Source: a virus (lineage: Duplodnaviria > Caudoviricetes). From it: a DNA stretch of 39,163 nucleotides. This document shows positions 10,153-18,641 of this stretch, one piece after another. Below the pieces are notes generated by a model. The model saw only the letters and a list, made by a program, of their open reading frames with translations. It ran no database searches and was not told where the DNA came from. Where the stretch lies: positions 1-39,163 of IMG/VR virus record IMGVR_UViG_3300022670_001835. One strand, written 5' to 3'. Each line of letters starts with the position of its first letter. Position 1 is the stretch's first letter. The position numbers and the translations under genes are program-made.

Positions 10153-11331
10153 CTAAGTGGCTGGTGCTAGTGGAGTGTATACTCCAGTCATTTTAATTCC
10201 TGTATCTTTGTTGATTACTTTAGCCAAGTGATAAGATAATGCTACGTACGTTCTTGTTTTAATCAAGTCAACATCTGTTCCCACAGTTGTAGGTCCTTCG
10301 AGTAAAACACATGCTGCATCTTCTGCACTAGCATCTATCAAATAAACATCTCCTTGAGGAATAAATTGATCACTCACCATAGTTACATTTGGAAGATTCT
10401 TTGCTTCTCGTGTTCCTGGTACAAATATAGTAGGATCTGCTGGTGCTAGAGCACCTCTGTTGAAAGAGTTGTTGTCATATAATTTTCCTCCAATACCATT
10501 AATTCCCATGTGAGTAAATTGTCCTCCAATGTTAGTTCCCTCAATGGTTGATTGAACTACTCTGAGTATGTCTATTGCGGGGTCATTCTCAGACCTATCG
10601 GTTCCTGCAACAAAGTTATCCCAAGTTACACCAGGTATTACATCTAGCGCTGCATCAAGTTCAGTTATAACATCATAAGATTTTCTTTGGGCTTCTTTAG
10701 TAGAAGCAACTTGGATAGCATCCTCATAAGGGTTGTGGATGTTCTTTCTTGTTGCTTCATCTGTTATTCGTATAGTCAGACCATATTTTCTAGTCTCAAG
10801 GTTTACTCGTTCATATTTGATGTCTTTTCCTCTTGGGAGTTGTCCTTCTCGTATTTCTTCATAACCGCCCATTTTAATTAATTTATCAATATTAGTAATT
10901 AGTTCCTCAGTTGGGATAGTTCTTGCAAGTTCTCTTCCTGCATATCGTCTATCTTTTCTACCATATAGATGAGATTCAATCTTTACAATATTTACAACTG
11001 GATTATCTGTAGATAGTAATGCTGCTTCTTTGAATCTACCTTTTGATAATAATGAAGCATGTTCTGCAATGGCTTGTTCTAATTCTGGTTCTAATGCAGG
11101 ATTGGCAAGTGAGTCTATTAGATTAGTATTTAGATTGCCCTCATGCTTTGCTGATGTAATTAATCTTAGATTTGTATTGTATATTGTACTATCATATACT
11201 GGTGTTGCATCAATCTCACTAGTGAATCCATGATCAGGTTTTCCCGTTGTTTCCATTATAATTTTTGTAACTGGATTAAACCAATATTCTCTGCCTTCAT
11301 TCGTTTGCATTGGTTTTATGAATTTCACCAT
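10153..11331 (-). CDS. Major capsid protein, HK97 fold (392 aa)
   Basis: 'EEIREGQLP...YERVNLETRKYGLTIRITDEA' is the HK97 E-loop/spine motif; 'SDQFIPQGDVYLID' is the A-domain motif. Follows protease, scaffold and decoration genes. Confidence 0.88.
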   Translation of the reverse strand: MVKFIKPMQTNEGREYWFNPVTKIIMETTGKPDHGFTSEIDATPVYDSTIYNTNLRLITSAKHEGNLNTNLIDSLANPALEPELEQAIAEHASLLSKGRFKEAALLSTDNPVVNIVKIESHLYGRKDRRYAGRELARTIPTEELITNIDKLIKMGGYEEIREGQLPRGKDIKYERVNLETRKYGLTIRITDEATRKNIHNPYEDAIQVASTKEAQRKSYDVITELDAALDVIPGVTWDNFVAGTDRSENDPAIDILRVVQSTIEGTNIGGQFTHMGINGIGGKLYDNNSFNRGALAPADPTIFVPGTREAKNLPNVTMVSDQFIPQGDVYLIDASAEDAACVLLEGPTTVGTDVDLIKTRTYVALSYHLAKVINKDTGIKMTGVYTPLAPAT

Positions 11332-11885
11332 TATAATGCACTCTCCACTAGTTGGAACCAGCCAACTTCACCAACACCCAAGTTTACATCAGGAACTATA
11401 CCTACAGACAAATTTTCTGCAAATGGTGTTGAACCGTCTCTTGAAAAAACTGCTGCTTCCGTACCCATGTAACGGGCATATTTTCTAATAGAATTGACTA
11501 AAGATTGAGATAAAGCACTAATTTCATCAGTATCCGTAATTGCTACGTATTGACCTACAGTACAATTTGTAGTCCCATTAGTTAATGCAACTATTTGACC
11601 TGGTAGCATAACTCTAATTTGTTTATCTCCTACTGCTCCCGTACTATTATCTACAGATTCAGTTGGAACACAGGGAGTTAATGGAAAAGTATTGTTTAAT
11701 GCAATAGGTAAATTAGTATCTGCTATGGTTACAAATCCATCGATAATAAAACATTTAGTCCCTTTAAGAATATTTTGATTACTCATTGATACAGATACAG
11801 CATAATCATCTAAAATATTTGGTGTATCTCCTTGTTCGATTGGACGAGTACCGTCATTTCCTGATGTAAATTCAGATTGAGACAT
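11331..11885 (-). CDS. Head decoration / cement protein (184 aa)
   Basis: Lies between scaffold and major capsid protein; beta-rich with 'VGEVGWFQL' and 'IRVMLPG' motifs. Confidence 0.55.
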   Translation of the reverse strand: MSQSEFTSGNDGTRPIEQGDTPNILDDYAVSVSMSNQNILKGTKCFIIDGFVTIADTNLPIALNNTFPLTPCVPTESVDNSTGAVGDKQIRVMLPGQIVALTNGTTNCTVGQYVAITDTDEISALSQSLVNSIRKYARYMGTEAAVFSRDGSTPFAENLSVGIVPDVNLGVGEVGWFQLVESAL

Positions 11886-12524
11886 CTAGATTTTTCCTCC
11901 AGTGTCTATAGTGTTAGTTGGTTTATCTAAATCTTCAAAATTAAATACAGAGCCATCCTCTTGTGCAATTTTCTGTGCAGTTTGTTTTCCTAGTATGGTA
12001 CTTGCTTCATCTAATCTTGCTTCAAGTAAGGAAACTGATTCCTTATGAGACAAGAAGGCATCATACATTGCAGTTCTCATTGCCATAGGATATAATCTTG
12101 AATATCTTTGTGCTAGTTTAATTGCGGTCTTTTCTGCTTTCATAGCATCAAGTTCTTTTCTCATTTCTTTAATTTCATTTTTATCTTCATCTTTATTATC
12201 ATCTTGGGCGGTAGTTAATTTTTTATCTTCATCTTTATTATCCTCTTGTGCAGTGTTTAATTTTTTATCTGGATCTTCAATAACTGGAATATCTGTGGAT
12301 ATTTGTTCTGGGGGAACTACTCCTTCTCCTGGTGTTCCCATATCAGTTATACCTCCACCTTCTACTGATTCAACTGCAACAGTAACTAGTTCATCAGCTA
12401 GAGCAATAATTTGTTCTGCCATTTGTTCTTTTTCTTGTCCTGGCATGGACAAGTTATCTTGAGCTGTTTTGTATGCTATCTTTGCTTTGTTGAAAGCGAT
12501 TTGTGTAGTTTTGAGTGTTGGCAT
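11886..12524 (-). CDS. Capsid scaffolding protein; probable start MPTLK at 12524 (ORF track starts it at 12551)
   Basis: Acidic, coiled-coil sequence with an internal 14-aa duplication (KKLxTAQxDNKDED). Lies between protease and capsid genes. A TATA-like CTTATATG about 30 nt before the ATG at 12524 overlaps the longer start. Confidence 0.7.
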   Translation of the reverse strand: MPTLKTTQIAFNKAKIAYKTAQDNLSMPGQEKEQMAEQIIALADELVTVAVESVEGGGITDMGTPGEGVVPPEQISTDIPVIEDPDKKLNTAQEDNKDEDKKLTTAQDDNKDEDKNEIKEMRKELDAMKAEKTAIKLAQRYSRLYPMAMRTAMYDAFLSHKESVSLLEARLDEASTILGKQTAQKIAQEDGSVFNFEDLDKPTNTIDTGGKI

Positions 12525-12568
12525 GTAGTATGTTTGAGAGATTATTAGCATATAAGGTGTATGATTTT

Positions 12569-12580
12569 CTTAACAAGATT
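12569..12580 (-). promoter_or_regulatory. AATCTTGTTAAG motif, copy 3
   Basis: Exact 12-mer upstream of the scaffold/capsid genes. Confidence 0.6.
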
Positions 12581-12583
12581 TTG

Positions 12584-13387
12584 TTAAAAATACTTTTTTC
12601 TTTTTTTGTATACTGGAACTACATTTGTAACAGTATTATCGGTGGATAGCAATGTTGCTATCTTACCTCGGGTTAGTTTTAGTTCTGTCTCAAAAAGAGA
12701 TTTTGTATCCGAAAATTTCTTTGTACAACTAGATAGTGTTCCAGTACAAGAGCCTTCATAGATTGCTTGTGAGCCATATGCAGGTCTGTCTTTTAATCCT
12801 ACAAGGTGTACCCCTTGCCAACCAGTTATGTTTTTGTCGTTTTCATATTTGTTATCTTTGAATATTCCAGGAGAGGCGAATGGTGGAAACACCATATGTT
12901 CATACTCGGGTAATGGTTGTATTATTGCCTTCCAGTAATCATCTTCTTCATCGTACAGAACTTTTTTGATATCGCCTACCTTCCAGTTATCTTGAAATTT
13001 GAGAACATCTTCTAGTTTTTCTGGATCTAGTCCTGCAACTAGTTCTGGTTTATAATTTTTAAAATGCTCAATATTTGGATGCATCCAAGTATGTTTGTAA
13101 GGAGAATTTTCAATAAACTCGTCTGCAGTTACTAAGAATGGTCTACCTTCAAAAGATTGTATGTTCTTATCTATTGAATCATTAGGGACACTCCACTCGT
13201 TTCCATTTATTTCCTTACCTTTGATTAGAAAATACGCATGAAACTTGTCTTCCTCTATTGGAAAATCATAAGATTCATCAAGGGAGGCAGTTTTTAGGGA
13301 TTTTAAAGTTGAATGGTTAAAGACATTGTTATGTATTTGAGCAGTTAGTAATTTTGATTCTTGGATTAGTTTTGTTATTTGGTCCAT
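12584..13387 (-). CDS. Prohead maturation protease (267 aa)
   Basis: 'NGNEWS...IQSFEGRP...H...VGDI...FASPGI...HLVGLKDRPAYG' resembles HK97/Mu-type (herpes-fold) proteases. Canonical position. Confidence 0.75.
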   Translation of the reverse strand: MDQITKLIQESKLLTAQIHNNVFNHSTLKSLKTASLDESYDFPIEEDKFHAYFLIKGKEINGNEWSVPNDSIDKNIQSFEGRPFLVTADEFIENSPYKHTWMHPNIEHFKNYKPELVAGLDPEKLEDVLKFQDNWKVGDIKKVLYDEEDDYWKAIIQPLPEYEHMVFPPFASPGIFKDNKYENDKNITGWQGVHLVGLKDRPAYGSQAIYEGSCTGTLSSCTKKFSDTKSLFETELKLTRGKIATLLSTDNTVTNVVPVYKKRKKYF

Positions 13388-13391
13388 ATTG

Positions 13392-13431
13392 AGTTAGTAT
13401 TATAGTTAGTATTATAGTTAGTATAATAGTT
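13392..13431. repeat. 3.3 x 12-bp tandem repeat (AGTTAGTATWAT) upstream of the protease gene
   Basis: Units at 13392, 13404 and 13416, plus a partial unit at 13428, read directly from the sequence. Confidence 0.85.
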
Positions 13432-13443
13432 GTTAAAAATAGT

Positions 13444-13704
13444 TTATTTTGCGTTTGTTGTTTTTAGTTTTGTTGGTTTGTCCATAAATTGTTTTTTGGT
13501 TTTTGTAATTTCAGACCAGTATGCAATGTTTGGTTGTTTTTTGGTTTTTGAGGGTAATTTCTGTATCTTGTTATATTTTTGTGTGTTTCCACCGCTTCTA
13601 ACTATGGTTAATGTAAGCATATTTTCTGGAAAAGTTTTGAATACTGTTCCAATATGTTCCTCATTAGTAGCAGTAATTAGATTTACTGTATCACCGATTT
13701 TCAT
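13444..13704 (-). CDS. Hypothetical basic protein (86 aa)
   Basis: ORF on the coding strand with an SH3/KOW-like start 'MKIGDTV'. Confidence 0.55.
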   Translation of the reverse strand: MKIGDTVNLITATNEEHIGTVFKTFPENMLTLTIVRSGGNTQKYNKIQKLPSKTKKQPNIAYWSEITKTKKQFMDKPTKLKTTNAK

Positions 13705-13782
13705 AGTTATTTTATAACTTGTAAATACTTAAACTTTTTCAAATAATTTGCTTCAAGTTATAATTACTAGTTTAAAAAAAAA

Positions 13783-14004
13783 TTAGCATGTTAAATGACC
13801 CACATAAATCTGTTGATCACATTCAGGGCATGAACTGTAATATACTCTAGTTGTAGTTATTTCACCCTCAAATGTACATAACTTGCATTTCACCTCTACT
13901 TTTTGAGAGATTGTTTTGATGACTGGATCCATGTGATATATTGGATAATATGGTATTATGTTAAGGGTAATTATGATATGCTTTCTGTACTCTTGTACAT
14001 TCAC
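13783..14004 (-). CDS. Zinc-ribbon microprotein (true start may be the internal ATG of MDPVI)
   Basis: CKLC...CPEC. Confidence 0.55.
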   Translation of the reverse strand: MNVQEYRKHIIITLNIIPYYPIYHMDPVIKTISQKVEVKCKLCTFEGEITTTRVYYSSCPECDQQIYVGHLTC

Positions 14005-14138
14005 TCGATTTTTAAATTATTTGCAAACTCATCAATACTATTGTAAATTTTTGCTGGTGTTATTGTTCCGTTTTTCATCTTTTGAGCTGTCTCAAATATA
14101 TTTCGCATTTCTTCTTCTCTACTGATTACTTTTGACAT
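14001..14138 (-). CDS. Small hypothetical protein (45 aa, MSKVISREEEMRNIFETAQ...), not in the ORF track
   Basis: Translated by hand; TATA-like TTTATTA about 25-30 nt upstream. Confidence 0.5.
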   Translation of the reverse strand: MSKVISREEEMRNIFETAQKMKNGTITPAKIYNSIDEFANNLKIE

Positions 14139-14224
14139 GTATTTTTACAAAATACACTGCTAATAAATATGATATCAAATTTCTCAGCCGATTAGTACAC
14201 AGGACCCTTTCTTAATTGGTTGTT

Positions 14225-15502
14225 TTAAAACTGACCTAAGTTGCGTCCAGTTATTGGGTCTTGCCAATTACAACGACAATTACTTAGTATTATGCCATTG
14301 CCAGTGTATAATGTGGATTTAGTTTGAAGGTCGTACACGTACCCAGAATAGGATTTTACATTGATGTTGATAATCTCATCAAGTTGTATAATGGAGGAAA
14401 ATCTGTCAATACACTTGCTGATATTTTTGAGTGTAGTAGAGGATACATCACTAAACATCTCTTGGCAAATGGTATTACCCCCAGAGGAAAAAGTACCTCC
14501 ATGTATTTGCGTATGTCTCAAACGTCCGCTAAAGAGAGAGCTCGTCTTTCTAGTGCCGCTCATGATGCGGTCAGAGGGCGAAAGCGTAGTTTCAAGGAAT
14601 TGTGTAATAGTTCTCTGTCTAGAGAGAGGAACCAAACAGGAATTACACCTGTTGAGAAAATGTGTAAAGACATGCTTGAAGAAAGAGGGTTTACATGTAT
14701 TGCTCAAAAAGCTATTGGTGCTTACAATGTCGATATTGCCATGACTAAACCTCGCATCGTCGTGGAGATATTTGGGGGCGGATGGCACGGTAGTGGTACT
14801 CATGCTAAACGATTTAGAAAGAGAGTCAAATATCTGCTTGATAATGGTTGGCTTCCTGTTATTATTTGGGTTGATGGGAAACATTTTCCTTTTAGTATTA
14901 GAGCTATTGATTATTTGGTCGCCCTTTCTAAGAAAATCAGCAGCAACAAATCCCTTAGGAGTAAGGAGAAGATGATTCGGGGTGACGGTAAGACTACTGC
15001 CATTGGAAGTAAGAATATCTATAACAGGACCATAGTATACACTTCTAATTCCTGCAAGGATGCCATCGCAACCCTCGATTAGAGTATCAGGTAACACACA
15101 GTTCGGATGCAATGAACTTGGTATACGTGGTCTTTGAGGATCGTCTTTTGCCCAAACCTCTCCTTGTTTAGGTAGGCATATCTTATCATCAACTTTAGAG
15201 TCTTGTTTGGTCATGAATAGTAGAGGTGTTTTTCCTGCTAGGATTAGTCTAACTACTTCTTCATCATCCGATAGTATTTGTGATATTCCACTTGCTATTA
15301 CACTAGAAAATCCTGCTAGAATTAATGCATTAATGAATCCATCAGATTTTGGCTCGGGTTTTGATTGTATGGTTTCTTCTGTAATTTGTTTTACTAGTTC
15401 TTCTTGTTGTTGTATAGTTGATGATATGTAGATGCCTTCTGCTTCTGATTTAGTAAGTCCCGATTTAACCATCAAAGAGATAAAATCACTTTCACTTGAC
15501 AT
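14225..15502 (-). CDS. MuF/SPP1 gp7-like minor head protein interrupted by an intein (425-aa precursor, 151 aa spliced)
   Basis: 'DSKVDDKIC...G.VW...P.IP..LHPN|CRC': the conserved HPNCRC motif is restored when residues 135-408 are removed. Directly downstream of portal. Confidence 0.88.
   Translation of the reverse strand: MSSESDFISLMVKSGLTKSEAEGIYISSTIQQQEELVKQITEETIQSKPEPKSDGFINALILAGFSSVIASGISQILSDDEEVVRLILAGKTPLLFMTKQDSKVDDKICLPKQGEVWAKDDPQRPRIPSSLHPNCVLPDTLIEGCDGILAGIRSVYYGPVIDILTSNGSSLTVTPNHLLLTPKGFVAADFLRKGDQIINSSNTKRKMFPINPNNNRKPTIIKQIFDSLSKSFSMSTTTVPSAPKYLHDDARFSHGNIDIVSTNSFLSNTCKPSFFKHVFTHFLNRCNSCLVPLSRQRTITQFLETTLSPSDRIMSGTRKTSSLFSGRLRHTQIHGGTFSSGGNTICQEMFSDVSSTTLKNISKCIDRFSSIIQLDEIININVKSYSGYVYDLQTKSTLYTGNGIILSNCRCNWQDPITGRNLGQF
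14279..15100 (-). mobile_element. Intein (274 aa, Cys1...Ser-Asn, +1 Cys)
   Basis: Block A CVLPDTLI, block B LTVTPNH (TxxH), block F SGYVYDLQT, block G NGIILSN followed by C. Confidence 0.92.
14324..15082 (+). CDS. Antisense-encoded homing endonuclease: HTH + Vsr/DUF559-like PD-(D/E)xK nuclease (252 aa)
   Basis: HTH 'LIKLYNGGKSVNTLADIFECSRGYITKHLLANGI' and nuclease 'TPVE...L...G....Q..IGAYNVDIA.....VVEIFGGGWH...KR..YL...GW..IIW'. Entirely nested in the intein on the opposite strand. Confidence 0.85.
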   Translation: MKVVHVPRIGFYIDVDNLIKLYNGGKSVNTLADIFECSRGYITKHLLANGITPRGKSTSMYLRMSQTSAKERARLSSAAHDAVRGRKRSFKELCNSSLSRERNQTGITPVEKMCKDMLEERGFTCIAQKAIGAYNVDIAMTKPRIVVEIFGGGWHGSGTHAKRFRKRVKYLLDNGWLPVIIWVDGKHFPFSIRAIDYLVALSKKISSNKSLRSKEKMIRGDGKTTAIGSKNIYNRTIVYTSNSCKDAIATLD

Positions 15503-17333
15503 TACTCTTTAGTTTTTCAAACTTTAGTTGATCATTTGCAAGTTTGAGTTTATCCTTATCAAGTTTGGAAGTTAGTTGTTGTTCTTTTAGTTTAAAGTCT
15601 CTCTCCATCTTTTTTCTTGTCTTGTCAAGATTCTTTTCACCGTTAATTTTTTTGTTGATATTTGCTATGAGGTCTCCTTTTTGTTTGGTAATTTCATTTA
15701 TACTATCATGTTGATGTATCATAAAATTTTTCTTTAGTGGTCTGCTTCGAAGATTACCATTTATCTTTTCCCAAGATGGATGTTTTCTTCTATAGTTAGG
15801 ATCAAATGTTTTAGTTGCGGGAGTTGTATCAGTTCCCATATCTGGAGAATTAGTCATCATGTGACGCAAGCCGAATTCCTCCATAACCTGCTCCATTGTT
15901 GTGTAATTGTTATCTACCAAAAACATCATAATATTCCACTCATCAGTTGTTATTGGAACCGATATATTTGGTTTTTCAAAGTTGTGTATTACTTTAATTG
16001 GTAGTTCATCAACATCTTCGGGTTCTAGATCAAAGAGAATTGCTAATATTCTATCGTAAAATTGGTCCTCTGCAATGTGTTCTAGCAGTTCTTGTTGTGG
16101 TTTTATTTTTGTATTTTGAAATGCGTTAACTTCTTCTCTATTGGCGTTTCCTCCAAGATTACCCGATTCTCCATGCCCTACCATGTATGGTGGAATATTA
16201 TCAAAGCCGATGATGATTTTAACTGCTTCGTTTAATATTTCATTAATTCCTGAGATATCGCCAGAGTCGGTTCCTGATGGGTTTAGTAGTTCTACATTGT
16301 TAGTTACGGAAACTGTTTTGTTTTGTGATTGCTCCATTTTAGAATTAAAATCATCTAGTAATACTTTTACTTCTGACCAGTCTTTTGATGGTAATGTATG
16401 TTTGAAGATTGGTTTAGTGTGCCATGTTTGTAGTATCGCCTCATTCCAATCTCTTCCTAAAATTAACAGTACAGCTTTTCCAACATCAATCAATGAACGT
16501 ATTGGTATTCGTCCATAGAAATCTCCATATAGTTCTAGATTTTTAGAGAAATTAAAATAGATACATCTTTTACTATTCAGTACAGCACCATTTGTTGTAA
16601 GATTTGATACCTCCACTCCTGCCATTTCTCCAGTGTCTAGATTAACAATAGGTCGCCTCAAAAATTCTGGTCTAATTATTTTTAATGCTTGTGGGAGTTG
16701 TAGTTTCCCATTACTTTTTCTATCAAGTGGAAACATTCCAATACATGCTCTTCCTTGTGTACGCATAAACAAATACACATCAAACAGTAATGAATCAAAA
16801 TCTAACGTCTTAGCATAACCGTCTAACCATTTTAGAATATTTTTTGGTGTTACTTCTTTATCCCAGTATGGGACGTATATCGGTTTGTTCTCCCATTGGT
16901 CTAGTGTACCTTCTGGTAATTCTATTTCACCTCTTGGTTGGATAGAACGTGTTGAATTCGTAACTACAAGTTGTTGTAATATTTCACTGCCTGCTAGTAT
17001 TATGGGATTTTCTTCCATTAACAGATCACACATTGCTCTAATATCAGGAGAGTATGGATCTATGGATGGATAGATGATTAAATCTTTGAATGGTTTTAGT
17101 TTTCCTTGTTTGTCTTTTTTAAATGGAGCAAGTTTTCTATATGCTAGCTGTTTTGTTGTGTCTAATCCTTTTTTAAAATCAGGTTTAGTTAATCCTCTTT
17201 TATGCCATTCAGGTATTTGTGCGAATCTTTGTGGGCCACTAGTATATTTTTTAGTGTTTAAATCTATTTGAAATAATTCATGGTTACTAGATACAATTCT
17301 AGAAAATATATCCATTACTGTTTTTTTAGCCAA
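15492..17333 (-). CDS. Portal protein (613 aa, TTG start)
   Basis: Lies between terminase and minor head protein. Portal motifs 'DFYGRIPI', 'IIIGFDNIPPYMVG...NANREEVNAFQNTKIKPQQ'. Confidence 0.88.
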   Translation of the reverse strand: MAKKTVMDIFSRIVSSNHELFQIDLNTKKYTSGPQRFAQIPEWHKRGLTKPDFKKGLDTTKQLAYRKLAPFKKDKQGKLKPFKDLIIYPSIDPYSPDIRAMCDLLMEENPIILAGSEILQQLVVTNSTRSIQPRGEIELPEGTLDQWENKPIYVPYWDKEVTPKNILKWLDGYAKTLDFDSLLFDVYLFMRTQGRACIGMFPLDRKSNGKLQLPQALKIIRPEFLRRPIVNLDTGEMAGVEVSNLTTNGAVLNSKRCIYFNFSKNLELYGDFYGRIPIRSLIDVGKAVLLILGRDWNEAILQTWHTKPIFKHTLPSKDWSEVKVLLDDFNSKMEQSQNKTVSVTNNVELLNPSGTDSGDISGINEILNEAVKIIIGFDNIPPYMVGHGESGNLGGNANREEVNAFQNTKIKPQQELLEHIAEDQFYDRILAILFDLEPEDVDELPIKVIHNFEKPNISVPITTDEWNIMMFLVDNNYTTMEQVMEEFGLRHMMTNSPDMGTDTTPATKTFDPNYRRKHPSWEKINGNLRSRPLKKNFMIHQHDSINEITKQKGDLIANINKKINGEKNLDKTRKKMERDFKLKEQQLTSKLDKDKLKLANDQLKFEKLKSNVK

Positions 17334-17370
17334 TACTATGGGTTAATTGTAATTGTTAATAGATTTTTGG

Positions 17371-18060
17371 TTATGGGTTTAAGATGCCAGAAGTGCTGTT
17401 AGATAGTGTATTTATTGTCTTTTTCCCCAACATACGATTTATTGTATCTTGAGCATTCAAATATTGTGATTTTTTAGGCTCTCCAACTACAATCATAAAC
17501 GGCATTTGTGCTTTTTCTAGTAAGGTTCTTCCAGCAAAACAACATATCATTAGTGCTTTAATTAGACAGTCTAGTTCATCGCCTGGTGCATAATATGATA
17601 CTGTTCCCTGCTCTGTGGTATTTTCTTTAAACATCTCTGTTTGGGTTATTAGATTAGACATGTATTTTGATAGTTTTTTTGGGAATTGGATTTTGTGAGT
17701 TAGTTTGAGTGATAGGAAAAACTGTACCATTTCTGTCTGATCCATTCTTTTCATACCTTCTTCCTCTTCTGGCTCTTTGATGTTTTTTTGAGTGTTAATA
17801 GCAAATATGTTCAATCCTGATTGATACTCTATATCTTTGAGTAAGTGTTGTCCCACTAGTTGGTCAGCATATGTGGAATCCCATTGTATTTTTTTAGACA
17901 GTATTTCGACGTCAGATGCAATGTGTTCCATGTCTGCTCGCTTCCATGTTTTGGCTAGTCTTACATAGACAATTCTCTTTTCATCGTCAATTTCTACTCC
18001 AACTATTCCAATATCAGTTCTTTTCTTTGTTTGTGAAAATGCAACTATTGTCTCATTCAT
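17371..18060 (-). CDS. Degenerate paralog of the terminase nuclease domain (229 aa)
   Basis: Aligns by eye along its length with the 18073-18636 protein (YVRLAK/YIRLAK; HKIQFP...MSNLITQT/HIIQYP...MQELINQT; GTVSY/GHTSY; LDCLIKALMICC/HDDLFMSLLIGC) but lacks the first catalytic Asp and the HDD motif. Confidence 0.75.
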   Translation of the reverse strand: MNETIVAFSQTKKRTDIGIVGVEIDDEKRIVYVRLAKTWKRADMEHIASDVEILSKKIQWDSTYADQLVGQHLLKDIEYQSGLNIFAINTQKNIKEPEEEEGMKRMDQTEMVQFFLSLKLTHKIQFPKKLSKYMSNLITQTEMFKENTTEQGTVSYYAPGDELDCLIKALMICCFAGRTLLEKAQMPFMIVVGEPKKSQYLNAQDTINRMLGKKTINTLSNSTSGILNP

Positions 18061-18072
18061 CGTATAATTCTA

Positions 18073-18636
18073 TTACTGGTGGTATTTGTTGTTATTGCAA
18101 TCTTCCCAGAATAGTTTTACAACATTACAGCCTATTAACAAACTCATAAACAAATCATCATGGCGGCTACGGAGTCTCTTGTATGATGTATGACCAGAAA
18201 CAGAAGTAAACCCAGAGATTTCGTTAGTTTGATTGATTAATTCTTGCATGTCAGAGTTTGGGTGTGATGGATATTGGATGATGTGGTTTTTGTATTGTTG
18301 TTTTAACCAGCTTATCATGTATGGTTTATCTACTGTTGTTCCTTTATCTCTTGTCTGCTCTGTTAGTCCTGCGCCTGTTGTGATGTATTTTATAGGTAGA
18401 TTAGTAAATGCTTTTTTTACATTATCATAGTCAAAGTTTTTTTCTAATAGTATTATGTGTGGTTTTATCTGTTGTTGTATCTTTGTGTAGTATTGTGCAA
18501 CTTTGAGGTATGGTACTTTTTTGTGTTGTTTTGCTAGTCGGATGTAGATTTTCTTTTCAGGATAAGTTGCTTCTAGTCCTATAGTTCCAAATGAGTCACC
18601 AGCTTTTGCGGGATCACCTGAAATTACTCTTAACAG
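18073..18636 (-). CDS. terL: Terminase large subunit nuclease (RNase H-like) domain as a separate ORF; frame open to 18645, probable non-canonical start (CTG at 18636)
   Basis: Hand translation upstream of the 81-aa call gives LLRVISGDPAKAGDSFGTIGLE...IILLEKN...DKPYMISWL...RHDDLFMS, with all TerL nuclease acidic motifs. No ATG/GTG/TTG precedes the GDPA motif. Confidence 0.85.
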   Translation of the reverse strand: MLRVISGDPAKAGDSFGTIGLEATYPEKKIYIRLAKQHKKVPYLKVAQYYTKIQQQIKPHIILLEKNFDYDNVKKAFTNLPIKYITTGAGLTEQTRDKGTTVDKPYMISWLKQQYKNHIIQYPSHPNSDMQELINQTNEISGFTSVSGHTSYKRLRSRHDDLFMSLLIGCNVVKLFWEDCNNNKYHQ

Positions 18637-18641
18637 AACCG

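Noticed and set aside
344-13717. Many + strand ORFs of 60-160 aa opposite the structural genes
   Set aside because: Ser/Pro/Ile-rich antisense shadows with no domain motifs, unlike the intein antisense ORF.
14361-14975. Additional + strand ORFs (127 and 67 aa) within the intein
   Set aside because: No recognisable motifs; the 252-aa frame accounts for the + strand signal.
18073-18318. 81-aa ORF as called in the track
   Set aside because: It is only the C-terminal part of a longer frame open to 18645.
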